Shown: positions 9,994 through 23,823, counted from the first letter of the stretch. The stretch is DNA of 64,000 nucleotides from Escherichia coli (GCF_016026235.1 NZ_CP065613.1), one strand, 5' to 3'. Made by a program: numbers and translations. Notes: generated from the letters alone by a model not told the origin.

Positions 9994-11376
9994 ATGTCTC
10001 CTTGTAAACTTCTGCCATTTTGTGTGGCCCTTGCGCTAACCGGTTGTTCACTGGCACCGGATTATCAGCGTCCGGCAATGCCCGTTCCTCAGCAGTTCTC
10101 ACTCAGCCAGAACGGCCTCGTTAACGCAGCAGATAACTATCAGAACGCGGGCTGGCGCACCTTTTTTGTTGATAATCAGGTGAAGACGCTGATTAGCGAG
10201 GCGCTGGAGAATAACCGGGATTTGCGCATGGAGACGCTGAAAGTGCAGGAGGCACGGGCGCAATATCGTCTGACTGATGCCGACCGCTACCCACAGCTCA
10301 ATGGTGAGGGCAGCGGCAGCTGGAGCGGCAATCTTAAAGGCGATTCAGCCACGACGCGGGAGTTTTCTACTGGCCTTAACGCCAGCTTTGACCTCGATTT
10401 TTTCGGGCGCTTAAAGAACATGAGCGAAGCCGAGCGACAAAATTATTTAGCCACTGAGGAAGCTCAGCGCGCGGTGCATATTCTGCTGGTTTCTAATGTC
10501 GCGCAAAGCTATTTCAATCAGCAGCTGGCGTATGCGCAATTGCAAATAGCCGAAGAAACGCTGCGTAATTATCAGCAGTCATATGCGTTTGTCGAAAAAC
10601 AACTGTTGACAGGTAGCAGTAATGTTCTGGCGCTGGAACAGGCTCGCGGGGTGATTGAAAGTACCCGCAGCGACATCGCTAAACGTCAGGGGGAACTGGC
10701 GCAGGCGAATAATGCATTGCAACTGTTATTGGGAAGCTACGGCAAGCTGCCGCAAGCGCAGACAGTAAACGGCGGCAGTCTGCAAAGCGTTAAATTACCG
10801 GCGGGCTTGTCGTCGCAAATCTTATTGCAGCGCCCGGATATTATGGAAGCTGAACACGCGTTAATGGCGGCTAATGCCAATATTGGCGCTGCACGCGCGG
10901 CATTTTTCCCATCTATAAGCCTGACCAGCGGAATATCAACCGCCAGCAGCGATCTGTCGTCATTATTTAACGCCAGCAGCGGGATGTGGAATTTTATTCC
11001 TAAAATTGAGATCCCCATTTTTAATGCCGGACGCAACCAGGCCAATCTGGATATCGCCGAAATTCGCCAGCAGCAGTCGGTGGTGAATTATGAACAGAAA
11101 ATCCAGAACGCCTTTAAAGAAGTGGCAGATGCGCTGGCATTACGTCAAAGCCTGAACGATCAAATTAGCGCCCAGCAGCGTTATCTGGCATCGCTGCAAA
11201 TTACTTTGCAACGGGCGCGGGCATTATATCAGCACGGAGCAGTAAGTTATCTGGAAGTGCTGGATGCCGAGCGTTCGTTATTTGCAACCCGACAAACTTT
11301 ACTTGACCTGAATTATGCCCGTCAGGTTAACGAAATTTCTTTATATACCGCACTTGGTGGCGGTTGGCAGCAATAA
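9994..11376 (+). CDS. cusC: Outer-membrane efflux channel CusC (TolC-like lipoprotein)
   Basis: 460-aa ORF with a lipoprotein signal (LALTGCSLAP); first gene of cusCFBA, divergent from cusRS. Confidence 0.9.
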   Translation: MSPCKLLPFCVALALTGCSLAPDYQRPAMPVPQQFSLSQNGLVNAADNYQNAGWRTFFVDNQVKTLISEALENNRDLRMETLKVQEARAQYRLTDADRYPQLNGEGSGSWSGNLKGDSATTREFSTGLNASFDLDFFGRLKNMSEAERQNYLATEEAQRAVHILLVSNVAQSYFNQQLAYAQLQIAEETLRNYQQSYAFVEKQLLTGSSNVLALEQARGVIESTRSDIAKRQGELAQANNALQLLLGSYGKLPQAQTVNGGSLQSVKLPAGLSSQILLQRPDIMEAEHALMAANANIGAARAAFFPSISLTSGISTASSDLSSLFNASSGMWNFIPKIEIPIFNAGRNQANLDIAEIRQQQSVVNYEQKIQNAFKEVADALALRQSLNDQISAQQRYLASLQITLQRARALYQHGAVSYLEVLDAERSLFATRQTLLDLNYARQVNEISLYTALGGGWQQ

Positions 11377-11399
11377 CTTTTAACTCCAGGAGAGAATAA

Positions 11400-11732
11400 A
11401 TGAAAAAAGCACTGCAAGTCGCAATGTTCAGTCTGTTTACCGTTATTGGCTTTAATGCCCAGGCTAACGAACATCATCATGAAACCATGAGCGAAGCACA
11501 ACCACAGGTCATTAGTGCCACCGGCGTGGTAAAAGGTGTTGATCTGGAAAGCAAAAAAATCACCATCCATCACGATCCGATTGCTGCCGCGAACTGGCCG
11601 GAGATGACCATGCGCTTTACCATCACTCCGCAGACGAAAATGAGTGAAATTAAAACTGGCGACAAAGTGGCGTTTAATTTTGTCCAGCAGGGCAACCTTT
11701 CTTTATTACAGGATATTAAAGTCAGCCAGTAA
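11400..11732 (+). CDS. cusF: Periplasmic Cu(I)/Ag(I) metallochaperone CusF
   Basis: 110-aa ORF with a signal peptide and His/Met-rich mature region. Confidence 0.9.
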   Translation: MKKALQVAMFSLFTVIGFNAQANEHHHETMSEAQPQVISATGVVKGVDLESKKITIHHDPIAAANWPEMTMRFTITPQTKMSEIKTGDKVAFNFVQQGNLSLLQDIKVSQ

Positions 11733-11747
11733 CCCAGGTTTAATGAG

Positions 11748-12971
11748 ATGAAAAAAATCGCGCTTATTATCGGCAGCATGATCGCGGGCGGTATTATTTC
11801 TGCGGCAGGTTTTACCTGGTTTGCAAAGGCTGAACCACCCGCAGAAAAAACGTCGACCGCAGAACGTAAAATCTTATTCTGGTACGACCCGATGTACCCC
11901 AATACGCGGTTCGATAAACCTGGTAAATCGCCGTTTATGGATATGGATCTGGTGCCGAAATATGCCGATGAAGAGAGTTCTGCGTCTGGTGTGCGCATTG
12001 ACCCGACTCAGACGCAGAATCTGGGGGTGAAAACGGCTACCGTCACGCGCGGGCCGCTGGCTTTTGCCCAGAGTTTCCCGGCGAATGTCAGTTACAACGA
12101 GTATCAGTATGCCATTGTGCAGGCTCGCGCCGCCGGGTTTATCGACAAGGTGTATCCGCTTACCGTGGGCGATAAAGTGCAAAAGGGCACACCGCTTCTC
12201 GACCTGACCATTCCCGACTGGGTGGAAGCGCAGAGTGAGTATTTACTGCTGCGCGAAACCGGCGGTACGGCGACCCAGACTGAAGGCATTCTTGAGCGGC
12301 TGCGACTGGCGGGAATGCCGGAGGCGGATATTCGCCGCCTGATCGCCACGCAAAAAATCCAGACTCGCTTTACGCTCAAAGCGCCCATTGATGGCGTGAT
12401 CACCGCGTTTGATCTGCGCGCGGGAATGAATATCGCCAAAGATAACGTGGTAGCGAAAATTCAGGGTATGGACCCGGTGTGGGTCACTGCTGCGATCCCG
12501 GAGTCCATCGCCTGGCTGGTGAAAGATGCCTCGCAGTTTACGCTCACCGTTCCGGCGCGACCTGATAAAACACTCACCATCCGCAAATGGACGCTACTAC
12601 CTGGCGTGGATGCCGCGACCCGCACGCTGCAGCTGCGTCTGGAAGTCGACAACGCCGACGAGGCGCTAAAACCGGGAATGAACGCCTGGTTGCAACTCAA
12701 TACCGCCAGCGAACCGATGCTGCTCATTCCGTCACAGGCGCTGATTGATACCGGCAACGAACAGCGGGTGATTACCGTTGATGCCGACGGGCGCTTTGTA
12801 CCGAAACGCGTTGCCGTTTTCCAGGCATCGCAAGGTGTCACCGCGTTACGCTCTGGTCTGGCGGAAGGTGAAAAGGTGGTTTCCAGCGGCCTGTTCCTGA
12901 TTGATTCCGAAGCCAATATTTCTGGCGCACTGGAGCGGATGCGCTCTGAAAGTGCTACCCATGCGCATTGA
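11748..12971 (+). CDS. cusB: Membrane-fusion (periplasmic adaptor) protein CusB
   Basis: 407-aa ORF between cusF and cusA. Confidence 0.9.
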   Translation: MKKIALIIGSMIAGGIISAAGFTWFAKAEPPAEKTSTAERKILFWYDPMYPNTRFDKPGKSPFMDMDLVPKYADEESSASGVRIDPTQTQNLGVKTATVTRGPLAFAQSFPANVSYNEYQYAIVQARAAGFIDKVYPLTVGDKVQKGTPLLDLTIPDWVEAQSEYLLLRETGGTATQTEGILERLRLAGMPEADIRRLIATQKIQTRFTLKAPIDGVITAFDLRAGMNIAKDNVVAKIQGMDPVWVTAAIPESIAWLVKDASQFTLTVPARPDKTLTIRKWTLLPGVDAATRTLQLRLEVDNADEALKPGMNAWLQLNTASEPMLLIPSQALIDTGNEQRVITVDADGRFVPKRVAVFQASQGVTALRSGLAEGEKVVSSGLFLIDSEANISGALERMRSESATHAH

Positions 12972-12982
12972 GGGAATAACCA

Positions 12983-15900
12983 ATGATTGAATGGATTATT
13001 CGTCGCTCGGTGGCGAACCGTTTTTTGGTGCTGATGGGCGCGTTGTTTCTAAGTATCTGGGGCACCTGGACCATCATTAACACGCCAGTGGATGCGTTGC
13101 CGGATCTCTCCGATGTGCAGGTGATTATTAAAACCAGCTATCCCGGTCAGGCACCGCAAATCGTTGAAAATCAGGTGACTTATCCGCTAACTACCACCAT
13201 GTTGTCGGTGCCTGGCGCGAAGACTGTGCGTGGTTTCTCGCAGTTTGGCGACTCTTATGTGTATGTCATTTTCGAAGATGGCACCGATCCGTACTGGGCG
13301 CGCTCGCGGGTGCTGGAGTACCTCAACCAGGTACAGGGTAAGCTGCCTGCGGGAGTCAGCGCCGAGCTGGGACCAGATGCCACGGGTGTTGGCTGGATCT
13401 ATGAATATGCACTGGTGGATCGCAGCGGTAAGCACGATCTGGCCGATTTACGCTCATTGCAGGACTGGTTTCTCAAATATGAGCTAAAAACCATCCCTGA
13501 CGTTGCGGAAGTGGCGTCGGTGGGCGGTGTGGTGAAAGAGTATCAGGTGGTTATCGATCCTCAGCGCCTGGCGCAATATGGCATCAGTCTCGCCGAAGTA
13601 AAAAGCGCGCTGGATGCTTCAAACCAGGAAGCGGGCGGTTCGTCGATCGAACTGGCGGAAGCGGAATATATGGTGCGCGCCAGCGGCTATCTGCAAACGC
13701 TCGACGACTTTAATCACATCGTTTTAAAAGCCAGTGAAAATGGCGTGCCCGTTTATCTGCGCGATGTTGCGAAGGTCCAGATTGGCCCGGAGATGCGCCG
13801 GGGCATTGCCGAACTAAACGGCGAAGGCGAAGTGGCGGGCGGGGTGGTGATCCTGCGCTCCGGCAAAAACGCCCGAGAAGTAATCGCCGCCGTGAAGGAC
13901 AAACTGGAAACGCTGAAAAGTAGTCTGCCGGAAGGCGTGGAGATAGTTACAACATACGATCGCAGCCAGCTCATTGACCGCGCCATCGACAACCTCAGCG
14001 GCAAGTTGCTGGAAGAGTTTATTGTGGTGGCGGTAGTCTGTGCGCTGTTTCTCTGGCATGTGCGCTCGGCGCTGGTGGCGATTATTTCGTTGCCGCTGGG
14101 GTTGTGTATTGCTTTTATTGTCATGCACTTCCAGGGACTGAATGCCAATATTATGTCGTTGGGTGGCATTGCGATTGCCGTCGGGGCGATGGTCGATGCC
14201 GCTATCGTCATGATCGAGAATGCACATAAACGGCTGGAAGAGTGGCAGCACCAGCATCCTGACGCCACGCTGGATAATAAAACGCGCTGGCAGGTGATTA
14301 CCGATGCATCTGTTGAAGTGGGGCCGGCGCTGTTTATCAGTCTGCTGATTATCACGCTGTCGTTTATCCCGATCTTCACCCTGGAAGGGCAGGAAGGGCG
14401 TCTGTTTGGCCCGCTGGCGTTCACTAAAACCTATGCGATGGCGGGTGCGGCGCTGCTGGCGATCGTAGTGATCCCTATCCTGATGGGTTACTGGATCCGT
14501 GGCAAAATTCCGCCGGAAAGCAGTAACCCGCTCAATCGCTTTTTGATTCGTGTTTATCATCCTCTATTGCTGAAAGTACTGCACTGGCCGAAAACCACGC
14601 TGTTGGTGGCAGCGCTTTCGGTGCTGACGGTTCTCTGGCCGCTCAATAAAGTTGGCGGGGAATTTTTACCGCAGATCAATGAAGGCGACTTGTTGTATAT
14701 GCCATCGACGCTGCCGGGGATTTCCGCAGCAGAGGCGGCGAGTATGCTGCAAAAAACCGACAAGCTAATTATGAGCGTACCTGAAGTGGCGCGGGTATTT
14801 GGCAAAACCGGGAAAGCGGAAACCGCCACCGACTCTGCTCCGCTGGAGATGGTGGAAACGACCATCCAGCTTAAGCCACAGGATCAGTGGCGGCCAGGCA
14901 TGACGATGGACAAAATCATTGAGGAACTGGATAACACCGTGCGTCTGCCGGGGCTGGCGAATCTGTGGGTGCCGCCAATTCGTAACCGTATCGATATGCT
15001 CTCAACCGGCATTAAAAGCCCCATCGGCATTAAAGTTTCCGGCACTGTGCTGGCGGATATCGACGCGATGGCGGAGCAAATTGAAGAGGTGGCACGAACG
15101 GTGCCAGGCGTGGCTTCTGCGCTTGCCGAGCGTCTGGAAGGTGGGCGCTATATCAACGTTGAGATTAACCGTGAAAAAGCCGCACGTTACGGTATGACGG
15201 TGGCGGATGTGCAGTTGTTTGTGACTTCTGCGGTGGGCGGGGCGATGGTTGGCGAAACGGTGGAAGGGATTGCCCGTTATCCCATTAATCTGCGTTATCC
15301 GCAAAGCTGGCGCGATAGTCCGCAGGCACTGCGCCAGTTGCCGATCCTGACGCCGATGAAGCAGCAAATCACTCTGGCAGACGTGGCCGATGTTAAAGTC
15401 TCTACCGGACCGTCGATGCTGAAAACCGAGAATGCGCGCCCGACGAGCTGGATTTATATCGATGCCCGCGATCGTGACATGGTGTCGGTGGTTCACGATT
15501 TGCAAAAAGCGATAGCTGAAAAAGTGCAGTTAAAACCGGGCACCAGTGTGGCATTCTCCGGGCAGTTCGAGCTACTGGAGCGCGCCAACCATAAGCTTAA
15601 ACTCATGGTGCCGATGACGTTGATGATTATCTTCGTGCTGTTGTATCTGGCGTTCCGTCGGGTGGGCGAAGCGTTGCTGATTATTAGCAGCGTACCGTTT
15701 GCGCTGGTGGGCGGCATCTGGTTGCTGTGGTGGATGGGCTTTCATCTTTCCGTGGCGACGGGCACCGGTTTTATTGCCCTTGCCGGGGTCGCCGCCGAAT
15801 TTGGCGTGGTGATGCTGATGTATTTACGTCACGCCATAGAGGCCGAGCCGTCGTTGAATAATCCGCAAACATTCAGCGAGCAGAAGCTGGATGAGGCGTT

Positions 15901-16126
15901 GTATCACGGCGCGGTACTGCGCGTGCGCCCGAAAGCGATGACGGTGGCGGTGATTATCGCTGGTCTGCTGCCGATTCTGTGGGGAACAGGAGCAGGGTCA
16001 GAGGTGATGAGCCGGATTGCCGCGCCGATGATTGGCGGCATGATCACCGCACCTTTGCTGTCGCTGTTTATTATCCCGGCGGCGTATAAGCTGATGTGGC
16101 TGCACCGACATCGGGTACGGAAATAA
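12983..16126 (+). CDS. cusA: RND heavy-metal efflux pump CusA
   Basis: 1047-aa ORF with multiple transmembrane segments and two large periplasmic loops typical of RND transporters. Confidence 0.95.
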   Translation: MIEWIIRRSVANRFLVLMGALFLSIWGTWTIINTPVDALPDLSDVQVIIKTSYPGQAPQIVENQVTYPLTTTMLSVPGAKTVRGFSQFGDSYVYVIFEDGTDPYWARSRVLEYLNQVQGKLPAGVSAELGPDATGVGWIYEYALVDRSGKHDLADLRSLQDWFLKYELKTIPDVAEVASVGGVVKEYQVVIDPQRLAQYGISLAEVKSALDASNQEAGGSSIELAEAEYMVRASGYLQTLDDFNHIVLKASENGVPVYLRDVAKVQIGPEMRRGIAELNGEGEVAGGVVILRSGKNAREVIAAVKDKLETLKSSLPEGVEIVTTYDRSQLIDRAIDNLSGKLLEEFIVVAVVCALFLWHVRSALVAIISLPLGLCIAFIVMHFQGLNANIMSLGGIAIAVGAMVDAAIVMIENAHKRLEEWQHQHPDATLDNKTRWQVITDASVEVGPALFISLLIITLSFIPIFTLEGQEGRLFGPLAFTKTYAMAGAALLAIVVIPILMGYWIRGKIPPESSNPLNRFLIRVYHPLLLKVLHWPKTTLLVAALSVLTVLWPLNKVGGEFLPQINEGDLLYMPSTLPGISAAEAASMLQKTDKLIMSVPEVARVFGKTGKAETATDSAPLEMVETTIQLKPQDQWRPGMTMDKIIEELDNTVRLPGLANLWVPPIRNRIDMLSTGIKSPIGIKVSGTVLADIDAMAEQIEEVARTVPGVASALAERLEGGRYINVEINREKAARYGMTVADVQLFVTSAVGGAMVGETVEGIARYPINLRYPQSWRDSPQALRQLPILTPMKQQITLADVADVKVSTGPSMLKTENARPTSWIYIDARDRDMVSVVHDLQKAIAEKVQLKPGTSVAFSGQFELLERANHKLKLMVPMTLMIIFVLLYLAFRRVGEALLIISSVPFALVGGIWLLWWMGFHLSVATGTGFIALAGVAAEFGVVMLMYLRHAIEAEPSLNNPQTFSEQKLDEALYHGAVLRVRPKAMTVAVIIAGLLPILWGTGAGSEVMSRIAAPMIGGMITAPLLSLFIIPAAYKLMWLHRHRVRK

Positions 16127-16227
16127 AAGCAGGATACCCCGTTTAACCGTGTGGATTGTGTCTTGCGACGATGGGCACTAAATGTTAAAAGGTGCCCCTC
16201 AACAAAAAAGACACACAGGGGAAAGGC

Positions 16228-17604
16228 GTGAAAAACGCGTCAATCGTATCGGAAGATACTGCGTCGAATCAAGAGCCGACGCTTCATCGCGGATTACATA
16301 ACCGTCATATTCAACTGATTGCGCTGGGTGGCGCCATTGGTACTGGTCTGTTTCTTGGCATTGGCCCGGCGATTCAGATGGCGGGTCCGGCTGTATTGCT
16401 GGGCTACGGCGTCGCCGGGATCATCGCTTTCCTGATTATGCGCCAGCTCGGCGAGATGGTGGTCGAAGAGCCTGTATCCGGTTCATTTGCCCACTTTGCC
16501 TATAAATACTGGGGACCGTTCGCCGGGTTCCTCTCCGGCTGGAACTACTGGGTGATGTTCGTGCTGGTGGGAATGGCAGAGCTGACCGCTGCGGGCATCT
16601 ATATGCAGTACTGGTTCCAGGATGTTCCAACGTGGATTTGGGCTGCCGCCTTCTTTATTATCATCAACGCCGTTAACCTGGTAAACGTGCGCTTATATGG
16701 CGAAACTGAGTTCTGGTTTGCGCTGATTAAAGTGCTGGCAATCATCGGTATGATCGGCTTTGGTCTGTGGCTGCTGTTTTCTGGGCACGGCGGCGAGAAA
16801 GCCAGTATCGACAACCTCTGGCGCTACGGTGGTTTCTTCGCCACCGGCTGGAATGGGCTGATTTTGTCGCTGGCGGTAATTATGTTCTCCTTCGGCGGTC
16901 TGGAGCTGATCGGGATTACTGCCGCTGAAGCGCGCGATCCGGAAAAAAGCATTCCAAAAGCGGTAAATCAGGTGGTGTATCGCATCCTGCTGTTTTACAT
17001 CGGTTCACTGGTGGTTTTACTGGCGCTCTATCCGTGGGTGGAAGTGAAATCCAACAGTAGCCCGTTTGTGATGATTTTCCATAATCTCGACAGCAACGTG
17101 GTAGCTTCTGCGCTGAACTTCGTCATTCTGGTAGCATCGCTGTCAGTGTATAACAGCGGGGTTTACTCTAACAGCCGCATGCTGTTTGGCCTTTCTGTGC
17201 AGGGTAATGCGCCGAAGTTTTTGACTCGCGTCAGCCGTCGCGGTGTGCCGATTAACTCGCTGATGCTTTCCGGAGCGATCACTTCGCTGGTGGTATTAAT
17301 CAACTATCTGCTGCCGCAAAAAGCGTTTGGTCTGCTGATGGCGCTGGTGGTAGCAACGCTGCTGTTGAACTGGATTATGATCTGCCTGGCGCATCTGCGT
17401 TTTCGTGCTGCGATGCGACGTCAGGGACGTGAAACACAGTTTAAGGCGTTGCTTTATCCGTTCGGCAACTATCTTTGCATTGCCTTCCTCGGCATGATTT
17501 TGCTGCTGATGTGCACGATGGATGATATGCGCTTGTCAGCGATTCTGCTGCCGGTGTGGATTGTATTCCTGTTTGTAGCATTTAAAACGCTGCGTCGGAA
17601 ATAA
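16228..17604 (+). CDS. pheP: Phenylalanine-specific permease PheP (APC family)
   Basis: The ORF track starts at a GTG at 16192 (470 aa); the GTG at 16228 preceded by AGGGGAAAGG gives the 458-aa form (VKNAS...). Confidence 0.88.
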   Translation: MKNASIVSEDTASNQEPTLHRGLHNRHIQLIALGGAIGTGLFLGIGPAIQMAGPAVLLGYGVAGIIAFLIMRQLGEMVVEEPVSGSFAHFAYKYWGPFAGFLSGWNYWVMFVLVGMAELTAAGIYMQYWFQDVPTWIWAAAFFIIINAVNLVNVRLYGETEFWFALIKVLAIIGMIGFGLWLLFSGHGGEKASIDNLWRYGGFFATGWNGLILSLAVIMFSFGGLELIGITAAEARDPEKSIPKAVNQVVYRILLFYIGSLVVLLALYPWVEVKSNSSPFVMIFHNLDSNVVASALNFVILVASLSVYNSGVYSNSRMLFGLSVQGNAPKFLTRVSRRGVPINSLMLSGAITSLVVLINYLLPQKAFGLLMALVVATLLLNWIMICLAHLRFRAAMRRQGRETQFKALLYPFGNYLCIAFLGMILLLMCTMDDMRLSAILLPVWIVFLFVAFKTLRRK

Positions 17605-17635
17605 GGCATTCACGCTACATCCGACAAAACGATGT

Positions 17636-17669
17636 CCGCTCTCATCCATTCGATGAGAGCGTTTTTTTT
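17636..17669. terminator. Rho-independent terminator between convergent pheP and ybdG
   Basis: Stem GCTCTCATC / GATGAGAGC with a 5-nt loop followed by a run of eight T; lies between the pheP stop (17604) and the ybdG stop (17672). Confidence 0.6.
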
Positions 17670-17671
17670 AA

Positions 17672-18967
<1,296 letters not shown>

Positions 18968-19030
18968 TTATGCAAATCAGGAGAATCTGAGGGGGGATTT
19001 CCTGCGAGGGCTGATGGCAAATACAAAATT

Positions 19031-19116
19031 GCCTGATGCGCTACGCTTATCATGCCTACCTGAATGAATTGGCACGAACTTGTAGGCAGGATAAGGCGGT
19101 CACGCCGCATCCGGCA
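19031..19116. repeat. BIME: two inverted REP elements flanking an approximately 20-bp spacer
   Basis: GCCTGATGCGCTACGCTTATCATGCCTAC and TGTAGGCAGGATAAGGCGGTCACGCCGCATCCGGCA, both REP-like, between ybdG and nfsB. Confidence 0.6.
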
Positions 19117-19176
19117 TAAACAAAGCGCACTTTGTCAGCAATCTGAGCCGGGATGGGGTCCCGGCTGTCAGGAGAA

Positions 19177-19830
19177 TTACACTTCGGTTAAGGTGATGTT
19201 TTGCGGCAGACGAGATTTCGGCAGCGTAGCGTTAAAATCTTCAACGCTGTGATGACCTACCGGAACAACCACCAGACTGGTGTAGCCTTTCTCTTTCAGA
19301 CCAAATTCTGCATCGAGGATGGCGGCGTCAAAACCTTCGATGGGTACCGCGTCCAGACCCAGAGCCGCCACGCCGAGCAGGAAGTTACCGACGTTGAGAT
19401 AAACCTGTTTTGCCATCCACTCTGCATCATCATGCAGATCTTTACGGTGCATATCAGCGAAGAACTTGCGACCTTTATCGTTCGCGGCTTTCGCTTCCGG
19501 CGTGGCAAAGCGGCCATCAGCATCTTCCTGGTCAACAACCAGCTTCAGCCAGGCATCGTCCATCGCGGTTTTTGCACAGAACACCACGACGTGCGAGGCA
19601 TCAAGTATTTTACGTTCGTTGAACACATAATTACCGGCAGCGGATTTGGCAACACGCGCTTTACCTTCTTCCGTGCTGGCAACAATAAAATGCCACGGCT
19701 GGGAGTTGGTGCTGGATGGGCTGTATTGCAGGAGAGTTTTGATCTGCTCGGCCTGTTCCGGGGTAAGTTTTTTGCTGGCATCAAATGCCTTAGTGGAATG
19801 ACGCTTTAAGGCGACAGAAATGATATCCAT
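19177..19830 (-). CDS. nfsB: Oxygen-insensitive NAD(P)H nitroreductase NfsB
   Basis: 217-aa reading from [16 protein letters not shown]... (the ORF track extends 17 codons further upstream). Confidence 0.9.
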   Translation of the reverse strand: MDIISVALKRHSTKAFDASKKLTPEQAEQIKTLLQYSPSSTNSQPWHFIVASTEEGKARVAKSAAGNYVFNERKILDASHVVVFCAKTAMDDAWLKLVVDQEDADGRFATPEAKAANDKGRKFFADMHRKDLHDDAEWMAKQVYLNVGNFLLGVAALGLDAVPIEGFDAAILDAEFGLKEKGYTSLVVVPVGHHSVEDFNATLPKSRLPQNITLTEV

Positions 19831-19923
19831 AAAGACTCCATGTGAAAGTAATTTTGCGTGCCAGCAGATTACAAGGTTCAACGAGAAATGGTAAGCGAGA
19901 AAAATGCGCTATAGATTTCCGCT

Positions 19924-20292
19924 TTAGCCTGGACGCACTCTTTTTTGATCGCGTTTAGCCAGACCATCAACCACCAGATTCCACGAATCGTTGATCAGAT
20001 CGCGAAGTAACGCTTCGGAGATTTCCTCGCCGGGATACACCGAAATCCAGTGCTTTTTATTCATGTGATACCCTGGCTTAATGCTCGGGTATATCTGCTG
20101 ATTTAACAGGGATTTTTGTGGATCGGACTTCAGATTGATAAAGGGGACGCCGCGTAGCTCCGACGACAGCATAAAAATCTTGCCGCCAATTTTAAAAACA
20201 TCGAACTCCGGGCCAAAAGGCCAGCAAAGCTCGACAAAGGGTAACTCAAGGGCCAGGCGTTTCGCCGTTTCGTGCAGTGATTGTTTATCCAT
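19924..20292 (-). CDS. ybdF: Uncharacterised protein YbdF
   Basis: 122-aa reading from [16 protein letters not shown]... within the 162-aa ORF; conserved position between nfsB and ybdJ. Confidence 0.75.
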
Positions 20293-20356
20293 AAACGTTC
20301 CTTTAGGCGAAGGAGAATAAGCAAAGTATGCCGCGAAGTACGGCGATAATCGACGT

Positions 20357-20605
20357 TTAATCCGCCAGCGAGAACCAGCGTCGCCAGATAAAGCGCAGAA
20401 CAAAATACTCAATAGCGCCCAGCACTAAAAACCACAGACAAAACAATAAAGTGTAAAGCTGACTAAGATCCATCAGATGGAACGTGGTCACCAGTTTTTG
20501 TGCCAGCGTCAGCCCCAGTGCGGGGGCGGGCAGCAGCAGGCAAGAGAGGAAAGCCATCAGCAAAATGCCTGCTGCGGTGGTCAAGGTTTCTAAAGGGTGT
20601 TTCAT
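20357..20605 (-). CDS. ybdJ: Small inner-membrane protein YbdJ
   Basis: 82-aa ORF with two hydrophobic segments. Confidence 0.7.
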
Positions 20606-20670
20606 AACATTGTTAAATGTAAGTTAAAACACCATTGTCAGGGATATTCTTCTGTAAGGCAATTCCCGAC

Positions 20671-21798
<1,128 letters not shown>

Positions 21799-22016
21799 TT
21801 ATGTTGGCGTTTTCTATTCAGTATAGAAGTCGGAGCGGCTGGGCGAGATGCGGAAGTTCTGGAATGTTTCTTTTTTTGATGATGGTGACTGAAGCAAATT
21901 GGCTACATTTTGCAATGTGACCAGTTGCGTCATAGTTGGCTGGCGGCGAAGAATTTTGACGATTGCGGCATGCAGAAAAAAACGGGTTCAGCTTCAGTTG
22001 ATTAAATGAGGAGTGA

Positions 22017-22404
22017 GAAGTCCGAAACAGGATTCACTGTATAAATAAACAGCCATTTTGTTGAGGAAGGGTAAGATAACGGCGGGTGCCTGAAGCTTTC
22101 CGGTTTCAGGTTTACTCTGAGGTCTGGAAAGATGAAGCCCCAGGAGATATTTCTATCAACCCTGGGGCTGCCACTCCAAACCAGACAATTTGGATGGTAG
22201 TTCCTTCTTCGCATGGAGGCAATATAAACATGCTGACGAAATATGCCCTTGTGGCAGTCATAGTGCTGTGTTTGACGGTACTGGGATTTACGCTTCTGGT
22301 CGGAGACTCGCTGTGTGAGTTTACGGTGAAGGAACGTAATATTGAGTTCAGGGCTGTTCTCGCTTACGAACCGAAGAAGTAGCCGTTGTGCGGGGAGTAA
22401 TCCC
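22017..22404 (+). repeat. hok-type locus, tandem copy 1 (5' part and CDS); its 3' end continues at 23699-23796 after the IS
   Basis: Near-identical to 23824-24290 over both coding and non-coding sequence. Confidence 0.75.
22230..22382 (+). CDS. hokE: Hok-family type I toxin (50 aa), copy 1
   Basis: [50 protein letters not shown], with the Hok single-transmembrane signature. Confidence 0.8.
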   Translation: MLTKYALVAVIVLCLTVLGFTLLVGDSLCEFTVKERNIEFRAVLAYEPKK

Positions 22405-23698
22405 CTGAGGGATCCCCAGAAAATTTAGTAAACCATTATCATATTGGTATACCGTTGCTGTAGAACTTTCAGCCCTGCGTCAAGTGACAGTGTGTTTAGT
22501 ATGAGTGGAGAATGTCGAATCACATTCTCCGCCAGTTTTAATAACGAGATGACTCGCCTGTGCTTCACTGTATTTGCCTGATATTTATGATGTATCCCTT
22601 TGTTTTCCAGGCTGAAACCGCTTAACCACATAATGATACTGGCTAATGTTGCGATCAGACTCAATACCGTGACCCGCCCGGATGAATGACTGGCACCAAA
22701 CCGTAGTCCAAATCCCCAGCGAGGATTTTTTTCATCCCTGAAATTTTGCTCAATTTGCATTCTACGGCTGTATAATTTCATTACCTGTTTTGGCGAGAAC
22801 TCAGTACTGTTTGTGAAAATAAACCATGGTGATTTCCCGGCAGTACGAGCTTTAGCCGTCACCGATGGTCTGGTTGCTCTTTCCTTCGAGCGTTTAAATC
22901 TACGACCTTTAGGCTTACTTTTATAAAGATAAAAATGCCCTTCATGTTGTGCATTTTTATCTCGACCCAGCAGGCCTTCACCTAAATAAATTGCTGTCGT
23001 TGATGCTTTTGTGCCTGAGTCCGACACCTTTTCCCAGCCATTACCAACATTGTAATAATGATTGCCCAGTACCCGGCAAATATAGGTCCAGCCACGGGAG
23101 CGGAGCTGTTGGAACCATCGCCCCTGAAAACCGGCATCTGTAATAACAATGACATCAGTCCCGGGGGAAAAGCACTCAGCAAGCGATTCCAGAAAACGCT
23201 CATGTACATCTGCATTCGCTGTCTGTGATGATGGAACGACACAACTCATCAACGGTAAAGAACGCCCGTCACATGCCAGGCTTGCCCGCAAAAGCTGAAA
23301 ACGAGAGGCATGATAAGCACTCCAGTCAATGAGTATCACAACACGAGACATTCCCCGCGTAATCTTTTGGGTAATTCGCTGAAAAATGGTGGAAACCTCA
23401 TTTTGCAAATGTCGATTCCCCAACAGTCGATCCACCCGCTTTATTTTGTTTTTAACTGATGCCGTACCGGTTAAATGACGCCCGATACTGGTAAGTGTGA
23501 GGGAAGCGCCATTTATTACAGCATTAGTTGCGTCAATCAGTGATTTTTGACGGTAAAGATGCAAAGGGGCCAGTATATTGTTAAGGAAATTTTGGCATAA
23601 TGAACGTGCAGGCATAGTGGTGATCTCCTTGAAATTGTTAGCACAATCAATTAGATCACATCTCACTATGCCTGTCTTGTTTTCTGGGGATTCCTCAG
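22405..23698 (-). mobile_element. IS4-family insertion sequence, probably IS186 (about 1.29 kb)
   Basis: Imperfect terminal inverted repeats CTGAGGGATCCCCAGAAAA and CTGAGGAATCCCCAGAAAA; flanked by a 10-11 bp direct repeat GAGTAATCCC(C); inserted in a GGGG-N6-CCCC target 22 bp after the hok copy 1 stop; one DDE transposase ORF. Confidence 0.8.
22425..23615 (-). CDS. IS4-family DDE transposase
   Basis: 397 aa from the ATG at 23613-23615 (MPARSLCQNF...). Catalytic-region motifs IDWSA, TDAGF and YSRRMQIEQNFRD resemble IS10-type transposases. The 568-aa ORF in the track is read-through into flanking DNA. Confidence 0.85.
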   Translation of the reverse strand: MPARSLCQNFLNNILAPLHLYRQKSLIDATNAVINGASLTLTSIGRHLTGTASVKNKIKRVDRLLGNRHLQNEVSTIFQRITQKITRGMSRVVILIDWSAYHASRFQLLRASLACDGRSLPLMSCVVPSSQTANADVHERFLESLAECFSPGTDVIVITDAGFQGRWFQQLRSRGWTYICRVLGNHYYNVGNGWEKVSDSGTKASTTAIYLGEGLLGRDKNAQHEGHFYLYKSKPKGRRFKRSKERATRPSVTAKARTAGKSPWFIFTNSTEFSPKQVMKLYSRRMQIEQNFRDEKNPRWGFGLRFGASHSSGRVTVLSLIATLASIIMWLSGFSLENKGIHHKYQANTVKHRRVISLLKLAENVIRHSPLILNTLSLDAGLKVLQQRYTNMIMVY

Positions 23699-23758
23699 GA
23701 GTAATCCCCGCATATCCGGTTGTCAGGTCAGGATGGTAAGGCACCTGCTTTACACTTT

Positions 23759-23796
23759 CGCCCGCGGTCAGTGATGGCTGCGGGCGATTTCGTTTT
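23759..23796 (+). terminator. Stem-loop plus T-rich tract: 3' terminator of the hok copy 1 transcript, displaced by the IS
   Basis: GCCCGCGG / CTGCGGGC stem followed by ATTTCGTTTT. Confidence 0.45.
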
Positions 23797-23823
23797 AAGA
23801 GCAATGATGAGTTTTGCCGACAG

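Noticed and set aside
13753-14560. Minus-strand ORFs of 248 aa and 223 aa inside cusA
   Set aside because: Antisense frames within a GC-rich gene, with low-complexity Arg/His/Gln-rich translations; typical of spurious open frames opposite real genes.
22405-23698. Calling the IS simply IS10
   Set aside because: The transposase shares DDE-region motifs with IS10 but is clearly divergent, and the GGGG-N6-CCCC target with a 10-11 bp duplication fits IS186 better than the 9-bp duplication of IS10; I left it as IS4-family, probably IS186.
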